Assembly: GCA_951406725.2 (NCBI GenBank)
Contig: OX597814.1
Span: 97,774,001 to 97,838,000 of the forward strand
DNA length: 64,000 bases
Direction: 5' to 3'
Source: Octopus vulgaris
Taxonomy: Eukaryota
Part shown: piece by piece, positions 25,273 through 36,874 of the stretch
Numbering within the stretch: position 1 is the first letter of the stretch
Layout: each line of letters opens with the position of its first letter
Translations under genes and position numbers: made by a program
Notes under the pieces: model-generated
What the model was told of the DNA's origin: nothing
The model's input: only the letters and a program-made list of their open reading frames with translations
Database searches by the model: none

Positions 25273-26658
25273 ACCACACTGACTCTTTGCCACTGTAAAG
25301 TCAGTATGTCCATATGTCCATCTTTCTCTATATTCATTTGTCCACATTTCTTCCCATCTCTCAACATATAAAGAAATACAACCTTGTTGCTGATTAATCC
25401 CTCGAAGGGCTTTGGATGAAACAGACTGCATTTCATTGGACTCACTGTTTCTAATTATATATATGCCACATACAAACATGTGATTCCACTCAGGGGTCAT
25501 CGAATATAATGTACAAGTGTTAAAGGTCACCAAATGTAATGTACAGATGTGGAGTCCTCAAGTCAGAATTATCAATTGTAGCGGAGAGATGAAAAGTTAT
25601 TTGATGTAGAAATAGTGTTTCTTGTCCCACATTGGGGCACTATATGTAGATGGTCGAAAGTAGGATGAGACAGAGTAATAACAACATTGAAAAGAAAAGA
25701 ATAATATTCACAGATTTATTTGTTGGCTATGGTTAGTAAGACAGAGATAGTAGTAATTGTATAAAGTTACAATGATACAACATGTTGCTCGTGTGCTCTT
25801 TGTGTGTTGGGCCAAGTTATGGTCTGCTGACAGAGAGGAAGAAAGAGTGTAAGAGTTGCATTGTCCCTTTTCATTTGGCCAATGCTGCACTCTGGGTTAG
25901 ACAGCTGAAAGATATATGCTCTCAGTTAGCTGGCCTAAAACCAAAGAGATAGAACTGAACCTTTCAATCAGTTATATAAGGTCAGAAAGTAGGTCAAACC
26001 TAAAACAATGCATTGACCTTTCCATGACCACCAAAGATCTTTGGAGATCAGGAGTTTCTCAATAATCTTCCAGCATAGAGATAAACACAAAGGACCTGGT
26101 TCGGCAAAAGAGACTGATATAATAAGTACTAGGCTTACAAAGAATAAGTCCTGGGGTCGGTTTGCTCGACTAAAGGCGGTGCTCCAGCATGGCCACAGTC
26201 AAATGACTGAAACAAGTAAAAGAGTCAAAGAGATTAAAGAGTAAACAGAGGAAAACGATCTGCTACATATATGTAGAGATTATCGACCACACCTACTCAA
26301 TGTATGTGTTTTGCTTGTTCACCAGTTAGCAGTGGTACAGCTTTCTGGGAATGTCTACATCATAGCACTGTGAAAGTCACAGACAGGTAAGACAACTCAT
26401 TTCTATTCCCTCCAGGAGTGATGGATACCAATATTTTGCATTTTTGTGGCTTATCAACATCATGTACTTGAATCAGACTGGGGGACAATCTGAATTGCCT
26501 GTCTATGACTTTACACAAATAGTGTAGGAAGCATTTCTGGTATGGCACAATGATTCATATGTAAGATTAAATTAAACTACAAATTAGAAGCAGCTTTACT
26601 GTTGTAAACACATAAATACACCAACACTAGTTAAGCATTCATGGAGGACAAACACATA

Positions 26659-26659
<1 letters not shown>

Positions 26660-26741
<82 letters not shown>
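26660..26741. repeat. (CA)n microsatellite, about 40 units
   Basis: Visible directly. Confidence 0.95.
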
Positions 26742-26744
<3 letters not shown>

Positions 26745-26751
26745 GACACAA

Positions 26752-27545
26752 AACTCTACTTGTGAAGACCTGTTGAGGCAAGTGAGGATCAGAATCGAAA
26801 TCCATCAATGGAAATTGCAGCTGAGTTACCAGTGCCGGTGACACGTAAGAGAACCATCCGAATGTGGCCGTTGCCAGCGCCGCCCAGACTGGCCTCGTGC
26901 CGGTGGCACGTAAAAAGCACCATCCGTTTGTGGCCATTGCCAGCCTCGCCTGGCCCCGTGCCGGTGGCATGTAAAAAAAAACACCATCCGTTCGTGACCG
27001 TTTGCCAGACTCGTCTGGCACCACCATCCGTTCGTGACCGTTGCCAGCGCCGCCCCGACTGGCCTCGTGCCGGTGGCACGTAAAAAGCACCATCCGTTTG
27101 TGGCCATTGCCAGCCTCGCCTGGCCCCGTGCCGGTGGCATGTAAAAAAAAACACCATCCGTTCGTGACCGTTTGCCAGACTCGTCTGGCACCACCATCCG
27201 TTCGTGACCGTTGCCAGCGCCGCCCCGACTGGCCTCGTGCCGGTGGCACATAAAAAGCACCATCCGTTCGTGGCCGTTGCCAGCCTCGCCTGGCCCCGTG
27301 CTGGTGGCACGTAAAAAGCACCATCCGTCCGTGGCCGTTTGCCAGCTCCATCTGGCACCTGTGCGGGTGACACGTAAAAAGCACCCACAACACTCACGGA
27401 GTGGTTGGCGTTAGGAAGGGCATCCAGCCGTAGAAACACTGCCAGATCAGACTGGGCCTGATGCAGCCTTCTGGCTTCACAGACCCCAGTTGAACCGTCC
27501 AACCCATGCTAGCATGGAAAGCGGACGCTAAATGATGATGATGAT
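26752..27545 (+). mobile_element. Young RTE 3' UTR with expanded GC-rich tandem repeats
   Basis: Two near-identical 170-bp periods built from caccatccgt-containing subunits; ends ccatgctagcatggaaagcggacg...(GAT)n. Confidence 0.85.
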
Positions 27546-27675
27546 ATATATATTTTCGCATTCTGAAGAGATTTTCTTCTTTGCTTTCAAATTAAATTAA
27601 AGGTATACCAGCAAAAACGACGAGTCTCCCCTTGTTATTACATCCATTTTCTTCTCGTATATATATATATATATA

Positions 27676-28096
27676 TCTTTATATATAAAAGTGAAGTTGT
27701 GTGTCTGTCTCCTACGATTTAGATTCCTAGCTACTCCCACATTTTGCAGTGCAGTTTAACCAAAACCGGGTATCTTATTGTCGTGATTCATATCGAGCCC
27801 TTCTGGGTATTAGCGCGTGTCTACGATGAGTCTACGATTTAAAAAAAATTTACCATATTTTTTTCCATTTTAATGCATTTTTTTTCGCTATTATATAAGG
27901 GAAATAACTCTCTAAAAATGTCTATGATGAGTCAACGATTTAAAAAAAAATTTACCAACATTTTTTTTCCATTTTTAATGCATTTTTTTTCCATTTTTAA
28001 TGCATTTTTTTTGCTATTTTTTGGCTATAACTCTCTAAAAATGCTTATATAGTTATTTCCCTTACAAACCAGAGCAACGCCGGGTGATACTGCTAG
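27676..28096 (+). mobile_element. Complete non-autonomous Helitron, 421 bp
   Basis: 5' TC, 3' CTAG, inserted between A and T in a (TA)n tract with no TSD; imperfect GC-rich subterminal hairpin accagagcaacgccgggt; internal short tandem repeats. Confidence 0.9.
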
Positions 28097-28773
28097 TATA
28101 TATATAAAATGGGCTTATCACAGTTTCTGTCTACCAAATCCACTCACAAGGCTTTGGTCAGCCCAAGGCTAGAGTAGAACTGAACGTGGAACCATGTGGT
28201 TGGGAAGCAAACTTCTTGCCACACAGTCACACCTGTAGCAATTGTCATCTTCATCATTATCATCATCATCCTCATTCTTTTATCATCCACTTTTCCATTA
28301 TCAATGGCACATGCTCAGTGTATCTGTTTTGTCTCTTCACTGCAGTTCAGTGCTCTGAGAATGACTCTTATACCAGTGAGTGTCAAAACATCTGAAAGTG
28401 TCATAGACAGGTGAGACAAATTGCTTCCAGTCCAATCCAGGAGTGAAGGAGTGATGAATACTGATATTTCGCCATTTTTTTTGGCATATGTGTGTGTGTG
28501 TGTATGTGTGTGTGTGTGTGTGTATCTTTTATATTATACTTGTTTTAGTAATTATTCTGCAGCCATGCTGGGGCACTACCTTAAGCAATTTTAAACAAAT
28601 GAATTGACCTAAGTACCTATTTTTTAAAAACCTGGTACTTATTCATTTGGTCTCTTTTGCTGGACTGCAAAGTTACTGGGACATAAACACACCAGCGCAG
28701 GCTGTCAAGCATTGGTGGAGGACAAACACACACACACACACACACACACACATGCAGATACACATACAGCGGC

Positions 28774-31180
28774 TGTCGTTGGCTGTTCAAGTGCACATTA
28801 TTAAATGGAAAAACAGCTAGTATGAATCACCATAAGACATTTTTGAGTATAAATATATTGTTTATTTTGTGTTCAGCTTTTGTGGTGGAAGCATGTAGTA
28901 TGATACAAAAACATTGCACTGAAAGAAGTAACATATAATATTTATATTTACAGCATGTATGCATGTGTGTAATGAGAACAGTCATTTTGAGAATATGTAA
29001 TAAGATATCTTCGTTTACAAACCATATATTTAGTGTTGAGGTGAATAGACATGTGAGTCGCACATAGGAGACTTGTGCGTCTCTGACCAGAACCTGGCAG
29101 GAACTGAGAACAAGGTGTTTTAGAACAAGGCTAGTGTATCAAAACGAAGCTAGATGCCTCATCAATATATTCGTCTGTTGTGCCTCCTGCTAGACTTGAA
29201 AGAGTCGATAAAGAAAGTAGAGATGGCATGTGTAAATATGCAGTGCAAAAAGCAGGTAAGAACATGGAATACAAACAGAAGGATGCAATACAACAAAAAA
29301 TGAGAAACTGAAATGAAAAGGCAAAGCATAGTAAGGGTAAAGAGAATATGAACACAAAGAAATAAGCAAAATTTTCAAGTTGATTAGGTAAAGTTTGAAG
29401 CAATACTGTGAAGAACAAAACTGCATTGTTGGTGATATGTGTTGAAAAGTCTTTGCTAAGCTCACAAATAGTTCATTATAGTTCAGATGTGTATATGGGC
29501 CAATGTACACAGTGACTACAACAAATCATAGTGACATATGTAGATGGCAGAGAGGTCAGTGTGTGTGATGGTATTGGTTGCAGTGGAATAGCATTTGTTT
29601 TATGTTGTACTGTGAATGTGGGAGGTGTATGAGGTGGTACTTTATCACTGTCTGCGTCTGCCCACTTAAGCCTGTCTATTGAGACAGTTTCCTTTTTTAT
29701 CATTAATGTCTATGGTATATAGTTTGTCTGTGTGTGAGAGGATGCAATAGGAGTCCTGTGTATGGAGGTGTAAGAAGGGTTTTCACACCATCATCTCATA
29801 GAAACTCATGGGTCCAAGAATCAATGTCTTTTGGAACTGATGATTTAGTGGTTTGGTGTCATGTTGACATGGGTGACAGTTCTTGCATGTACTTGCAAAG
29901 TCTGTGTATACATATAGTGTGGTCTTGTGTGGATAGATCCACTGGGGCCAACATCTGGCCTGGCAATGAAAGAGGTGTGCCATAAACAAGTTCTGCTGGG
30001 GAATAACCGAGATCCTCCTTTATCGAGGCTCGACAGCCAAGAAGGACTATTGGAAGACATTCGCTCCAGTATTGCCGATCTGGGTAAGCACAAAAAGCAG
30101 CCTTCATTTGACAGTGGAATCATTCCACCATACCATTGCATTGTGGATGGTAACTAGTGGTTTGAATCCAATGTACACCTATAGTCTTTGTGAGCTCATG
30201 GAAGAGTTGCAATTCAAACTGTTCTCCATGGTCAGTAGTGATGGTGGTAGGGACTCCGTACTGTGATATCCATCCTGTGAGAAAAGCTTTGGAAACAGAT
30301 TCTGCAGTGATGTCTACTAAAGGAATAGCTTCAAGCCAAAATGTGAAATGATCAATGCAGATGAGCAGGTAGGTACATCCCTGGCTGTTTGGCCAAGATC
30401 CAACAAGGTCGATGTGTAATTGGTTGAAATGCACATCTGGTATATTGAAGGTGCCAAGCGGTGCCCAGATGCACCTATGCACCTTTGACTTCTGACGGAA
30501 AAGGCAGGAGTGTGACCAAGCAGTGATGTCTCATCTCATATTTGGCCAAAAGAATCTAGCCAAAATGTGTTTCACTGTGATAGTGACACTAGGGTGTGAC
30601 AGGTTATGCAATGTGCTGAAGACTGTTTGTCTGTGGGTCTCCAGAACAAAAGGACAAGGAGAATTCATGCAAGTATCGCACAAAATTTGCGTGTCAGATG
30701 TGGGTACTGGCAAGTAGTTGAAGTTGCATGTGGCAAAGGCGGGTGAGTATATATCAATTGTCTCTAAGTGAGGTTGATCTTTAGCCAGGAGATGCAGGTC
30801 GATGTCTGTGGGTGACGACAGTGAATTCAGTGGTAGGTGCAATAAGGTGTCTGCTGCAGTATTATCAACACCAGAGATATGGTGGATGTCGGCAGTAAAT
30901 TGGAAAATGAAATCCAAGTGTCTGGTTCCCCACGGAGAGTACTTGTCAGGCTTTGAGCACAGGGCAAAGGTGAGTGGAGAGTGGTCTGTAAAAATCATGA
31001 ATTGGCATCCCTTGACTGTGTGCCAGAAATGTTTGACTGCTAAATACATAGCTAACAACTCCTGTCCAAAAGTACTGTAGTGAGCTTCAGCTAGTTTAAG
31101 CTGCTGAGAGAAAAAGGCAAGAGGCTGGTGTTGTTGCTGGTGAAATTGTTGTAACACCATCCCTATGACTGTGTTGGATG
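28774..31180 (-). mobile_element. Older Gypsy (CsRn1-like), 3' part: RNase H, integrase, probable 3' LTR at about 28774-29180
   Basis: PLAFFS, FTDHSPL, HNLSHP, HIDLVG, TTSYHPQCNGMVE, YSPAELVYG and ETVSIDRLK motifs; many stops and frameshifts. Confidence 0.9.
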
Positions 31181-31596
31181 TGTAGTGATGCTACTGTGTA
31201 AGGTTCAGCGCGCATGTGCAGAATGGGACTACTTCCGAGTGGCCACCGGAAGTCTTCCCCATGCGCATGTGCAGGAAACTGATCCCCTAAGGCACACAGA
31301 TTCATTCATTCTCTCTGGGCATTTCAGCCATCGTGAACAGACGTGCATTGGTAGTCTCTGATAACCACACCAACTTAACCGCGGACGACATCGAACCACT
31401 TCAACCAATGAACAAGAAGCTGTACAACAGATTTGGCTGTCGTTTTCCCATCAGATATAGGTACACCATCACAATTAATAAACAAACTGCTGTCTTTCAC
31501 CGATAACCTGACTTCGTCTGTTATATCTAACTAAATTGTATGTAACGGGATTGGATCGACACCCTTTCAGTGATACCGATACCAGATCCTGTTACA
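31181..31596 (+). repeat. 5' LTR, 416 bp
   Basis: 13 substitutions versus 35637-36052 by manual comparison, no indels; contains AATAAA. Confidence 0.97.
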
Positions 31597-31598
31597 AT

Positions 31599-31608
31599 TG
31601 GTGACCCC
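31599..31608 (+). other. Primer binding site, tRNA-Trp
   Basis: TGGTGACCCC, 2 nt after the LTR; complementary to the tRNA-Trp 3' end GGGGUCACCA. Confidence 0.85.
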
Positions 31609-31982
31609 AAGTAGAAAAATAAAGAACAGAAGACGCAGCGAACAGGTTTTGCCAGATAGAGCACTGAACACTCAGTTTTCATTTTCATTTTTCTTTTCCT
31701 TTCAGGACGGCGAGGTGGGTACAATCAAAAGCTTTATTCATCGCACTCAGTACACTGAAAAAACAAAAAAAAGAAAACACACACACATTATTTTTTTTCT
31801 TTTCTGTACCTTTGTTTTCCTTTGTGCACACACACACTTATTTTTTACTACCCACGAGGTGCACACACACACACACACCAGTACAGAAAACACGATTTTG
31901 ATTTGCTTTGTCGGTTCCACATGTTCTCCATTTCTCGTTCATACCTTCTGCCCCTTTCTGACAGACGATTCTTCGGACAAAC

Positions 31983-32312
31983 ATGGCTGCATCAGGTTTG
32001 CCTCATTCACAAATATTAGAGTTTGCGTGACCATCTCCATCGCGGGGCCTGTACGCATGTACAGAGCCCCCTCCGACACCTTCTCCGATGAACAATTCAT
32101 TAGCCGAGAAGATCGATGCGCTTACGCAGCAAATCGATGATCTGTGCTGTGCGATCGGGCGCTGACCTCGCAGTCATAGTCGCAGTGGCTCTGTTTCCCG
32201 TAGTCGGAGTGACTCTGTTTCTCGTTCCGGCTGGTGCTGGTACCATTCAAAGTATGCCGAAAAGGCAGAACGGTGTACCCAGCCGTGCACTTTCCAGCCC
32301 TTGGGAAACTAA
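31983..32312 (+). pseudogene. gag: Short gag (109 codons, two in-frame TGA), capsid apparently missing
   Basis: MAASGLPHSQILEFA*...RS-rich tract...CWYHSKYAEKAERCTQPCTF...GN*. Confidence 0.8.
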
Positions 32313-35300
32313 ATCCGGAGGAGGTGAGCACGTCACCTTCTTCCTTCTTGTTTCCCAAAAATCGGGCGTTCTTCGTAAAAGATCTGGTGTCGAAGAAATT
32401 CTTCATGGTGGACACCGGCTCTTGTTGCAGCATCTGGCCCCTTCGTCTGGCTGCAGACAAGCCCAAGCGCTCTGCAATTGTCTTGCATGCCATTGACTCG
32501 TCTCCCATAACCACCTTCGGTCAGATTTCGCTGCGCCTCGACATCAACCTTCGTTGAGATTTTCAATGGGTTTTCGTCATCGCTGACATCCCGCGTCCTA
32601 TTCTCGGCACTGATTTCTTGGATAGGTTTAATCTATTGGTGGATGTCAAGCGTTGGAGGCTTCTTGATAGCACGACGTCGCTCTCTACGCCGACTGGGAA
32701 TTCTACCAATGCGGTCCTTAGCCCAACATTCTTTGTTGCCACCTCTGGAGACGCTTTTCACTCTCTTTTGGCTTCATTTCCGGAGCTAGTGGACATTGCC
32801 TTTCAACCGGAAAAGCCTACCCCCTCGACACTCCATTTTATCACCACCACTGGGCCGCCTGTATTTTCGCACCCACGGCGCCTTGCACCTGACCGACTAA
32901 AAACGGCTAGGGCCGAGTTTGAGCACATGCTTCAACTTGGCCTTATACGCCCCTCCACCAGCCCATGGGCGTCTCCCCTTCATTTGACGCGAAAGAGCGA
33001 GTCTGATTTTCGCCCGGTTGGAGACTATCGATGCCTCAATGCCGTAACAATAGCCGACAGATATCCAATCAGAAATCTACAGGACTTTACGGCAAATCTC
33101 CATGGTTGTACCATTTTTTGGAAGGTCGACCTTATACACGCGTACCATCAAATACCGGTCAACCCAGCCAACGTTCCGAAAACTGCGATCACTACCCCTT
33201 TTGGGTGTTTTGAGTTTTTGTATATGAGTTTCGGTTTGCGGAATGCTACTAGCACTTTCCAGCGTTTCATTGATGAGGTTGTCCGCGATCTTGATTTTGT
33301 GTTTGCCTATGTCGATGATATACTCATTGCGAGCGACACATGTGAAAATCATCTCCAGCACCTTTCTCAGCTTTTTCAGCGTCTTCACGCTTATAGTATA
33401 CGTATAAATCCCGACAAGTGTGTTTTCGGACGCTCTTCTCTAGATTTTCTAGGCCATCATATTGATTCGAGTGGAATCAGCCCTCTGTCGTCAAAGGTCG
33501 ATGCCATTCAATGCATCGCACCCCCCACTTCCTTGCGCCAGCTCAGGCATTATCTAGGGATGATCAATTTCTACAGACGTTTTATTCCCGGCTGTGCAGA
33601 TAAGCTACTTCCTCTCACCAGGCTATTAAAGGACACTCCTAGAAAGGATGGTCAAGTCACCCTCTCTGTTGAGGCAGTGACAGCCTTTGAGTCCATTAAG
33701 AAGGAGCTGGCTTCTGTTTCTTTGCTTGCACATCCGGTTCCTGGTGCTTCTCTCTCTTTGACTGTAGACGCATCGGACACTGCGATTGGCGCTGTGTTAC
33801 AACACACAGTGGATGATCATATTCGACCTCTGGCTTTCTTTTCCCGTCAACTGCAACCAGCTGAACGACGATACAGCACCTTTGATCGTGAGCTCCTAGC
33901 AATCTATCTATCGGTTCGTCATTTCCAGCATCAACTTGAAGGGTGAGATTTTGTGATCTATACGGATCACCAGCCCCTTATGTTTGCCCTGTGTTCAAAA
34001 ACGGACAAACTCTCGCCTCGTGCTTTCCGGCACCTGGATTTTATCTCTCAATTCACTAGTAACATTCGACACATACCTGGAAAAGAGAACGTTCCTGCTG
34101 ACGCTCTCTCTCGCCTTCCAGTCTGCACCCTTTCGTCTCCTGCTGCTATCAACTTAGCTGCCATCTTGCAGGAGCAGCCACCTTTGGCGTCGTTAGACTT
34201 AACTTCTCCCAAGTTCTCCTGTTGCCAGTTTTCCTACCTTCACTTCCGTCAGCCGAAGGCACCATACTTTGTGATACTTCCACTGGTTCTCCCAGGCCAC
34301 TCGTGCCTGAGAATCATCAACACTCAGTGTTTGAAGCACTGCACTCCTTATCACATCCCGGCATCGCTACCACCCTTAAACTAATCACTGCTCGGTTTTT
34401 CTGGCCGAATATGCGTCGCACTATTACTTCTTGGACACGCACCTGCTCCAAGTGTCAATGGTCCAAGATTCAACGGCACGTTCGTGCCCCGCTTGGACAT
34501 TTTCCCCCCACGGAGGCCCGTTTTCGCCATGTCCACATCGATCTGGTTGGACCATGGCCTGTGAGTTGCGGGTTTTCTTATCTGTTAACTTGTGTCGATT
34601 GCTACTCCTACTGGCCAGAAGCCATTCCGATAGCATACATTTCTGCTGAGACTGTTGCGCGAGCTTTCGTTTCAAACTGGATTTCCCGTTTCGGAGTCCC
34701 GTCCCGATTGACTACTGATCGTGGACGTCAGTTTGAAGCCTCGCTATTTCGCGAATTGTCACGCATTTTAGGTGTGCATCATATCCACACTACTAGCTAT
34801 CACCCAGCGTCTAATGGATTAGTTGAATGGTTCCATAGACAGCTCAAGGCCGCTCTTCGTGCCTCTTCAGATCCACTGTCCTGGATTGAATTTCTGCCCA
34901 TTGTGCTTCTCGGTTGTCGGACTGCTGTCAAGGCAGACCTGGGGTTTTCTGCTGCAGAGCTGCTGTATGGTACCACACTGGCATTGCCTGGTACGATGTT
35001 GGTGCCAGACACTTCCCAGCCCCATGATCCGGCAACCTATGTCACCAGACTGCGTGCATATTTCTCGAATCTTCCTCCGATGGTTCCCAGGAAGCAATCT
35101 CCACCATCCCATCTCCCACCAGATATAGACACTTGGTCGCATGTTTTTGTTCGGGACGACTCTGTCAAGGAGCCACTTGTTTCTCCCTATAAAGGACCTT
35201 TCCGTGTGCTTTCTCGCACACCTAAGGTTTTCACTATTGAAATAATGGTCATTCGGAGACCGTTTCCATGGACCGATTAAAGAAAGCATACTTTGAGACG

Positions 35301-35501
35301 TCTTCATCTTTTGATGACAACCTTGCCACACCCACCTATGCACCTTTAACAACACCTTCACCTGCACAGACACCTTTGCCTTCACCGGCTCCTACAACAC
35401 CACCCTCGCCGTCAACGGGTGCCCCGAGCACACCATATGTTACAAGATCGGGCAGAACAGTGCATTGGCCCAAGAAACTTTCAAAGACAATCTATATTTA
35501 A
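32303..35501 (+). pseudogene. pol: pol (protease, RT, RNase H, integrase with GPY/F module)
   Basis: VDTGS, YVDD, VDASD, HSLSHP...CSKC, HIDLVG, TDRG and YKGPF; TGA at 32555 and 33944; frameshifts near 34240 and 35245. Confidence 0.95.
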
Positions 35502-35624
35502 CTTTCTTTCAAATTTCTTGTGTTTTTGTATGATATTATGTACCAAATCTTCTGGGGGATCGGCAAGCCATCTGTTTTTCTGCAGCACCACTACAAATTT
35601 TCTTGTTTTCATACTTCTGCACTC

Positions 35625-35636
35625 AAGGGGGAGCCA
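35625..35636 (+). other. Polypurine tract
   Basis: AAGGGGGAGCCA immediately before the 3' LTR. Confidence 0.8.
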
Positions 35637-36052
35637 TGTAGTGATGCTACTGTGTAAGGTTCAGCGCGCATGCGCAGAATGGGACTACTTCCGGGTGGCC
35701 ACCGGAAGTCTTCCCCATGCGCATGTGCGGGAAACTGACCCCCTAAGGCACACAGATTCATTCGTTCTCTCTGGGCATTTCAGCCATCGTGAACAGACGT
35801 GCATTGGTAGTCTCTGATAACCACACCGACTTAGCCGCGGACGACATCGAACCACTTCAAACAACGAACAAGAAGCTGTACAACAGATTTGGCTGTCGTT
35901 TTCCCATCAGATATACGTACACCATCACGATTAATAAACAAACTGCTGTCTTTCACCGATAACCTGACTTCATCTGTTATATCTAACTAAATTGTATGTA
36001 ACGGGATCGGATCGACACCCTTTCAGTGATACCGATACCAGATCCTGTTACA
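35637..36052 (+). repeat. 3' LTR, 416 bp
   Basis: Direct repeat of 31181-31596. Confidence 0.97.
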
Positions 36053-36670
36053 GATGCATCCACTATAAAGGATAGCTGAGCATCCATGACAGGGTGGGCA
36101 AGAAGCGATACCTGAGTGAGTTGTTGCTCTGCTATGTTGAAGGAGTCAAGTTGGGTGGAGTCCAATGCTATTCCTCTTTCTCCTATTCTGAAGGAGCGAG
36201 TTTATCAGATATAGAATTTCAACTGAATAAGGAACAAAGCACCGATAAAAGTTGAATACTGCCAAGAAATGTTGGAAGTGATGTAACGAGGTGGGTGGAG
36301 GTAACTTCTGCAATGCCTTCACCTTGTCAGGCAGTGGTGATATGCCTTCAGGGCTGATGATGTGACCTAGGAAGGCCAAAGAAGATGTGCTGGAAACACA
36401 TTTGGTAGGGTTGATCCATACTTGGTAAGTCTTGAACTGCTCAAACAGCTGATGTACATGATGGAGATGTTCCTTGGGTGAGGCACTAGCTATCAAGATG
36501 TCATCGATGTATGCATAGACGAAGTCTAAGTCTCGAACGACTTGGTCTATGAATCTTTGAAATGTGCTGGCTGAATTCTGTATACCAAATAGCATAGTTA
36601 GGAAGAATAGCATAGAAGGCACCGAAAGGAGGCAGTCTTTGGAATATCCTCTGGATTCACAGGAATCTGC
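36053..36670 (-). mobile_element. Older Gypsy, RT part (5' truncated)
   Basis: QIPVNPEDIPKTA, NSASTFQRFID and FVYAYIDDILIAS; the frame joins across the nested insertion as IVDAS|NTVIGMVLQQ. Confidence 0.9.
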
Positions 36671-36874
36671 ATGGGTTCTCTCTTGATTACTATGTTTGAA
36701 ATGAAGTGAGCACAACTTGTTGGATACATAATGTCAGTGTATGTGAGTGACAAAACTCACATACAGTGTAGGGTTCAACATTTCTGATAGAGTTGTAGGG
36801 AGTCCATTGTGACATACACTGTACACTAGTTTTCTCTATCTGTTATAGCTATGTGCCAAACTTGTGGGTCTCTG

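Larger units (their letters stand above)
31181..36052 (+). mobile_element. Gypsy LTR retrotransposon with both LTRs, CsRn1 clade
   Basis: TG...CA LTRs, 4-bp TSD GATG (31177-31180 and 36053-36056), tRNA-Trp PBS, Cx2Hx9Cx3C gag knuckle, PR-RT-RH-IN order, PPT. Confidence 0.97.

Noticed and set aside
24872-25533. Poly-His/Pro/Thr ORFs
   Set aside because: Translations of (CAT)n and (CAC)n microsatellites.
25700-25900. Decayed GIY-YIG fragment (SAALAK...YLCLT)
   Set aside because: Only two weak motifs in different frames; too little to support a call.
26850-27390. CRISPR-like array
   Set aside because: The intervening sequences are themselves repeated, there are no cas genes, and the context is a eukaryotic LINE tail.
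26596-27502. Long overlapping ORFs (265, 237 and 145 aa) as a repeat protein
   Set aside because: They arise from a GC-rich tandem array in the RTE 3' UTR plus (CA)n; no domain or splice context.
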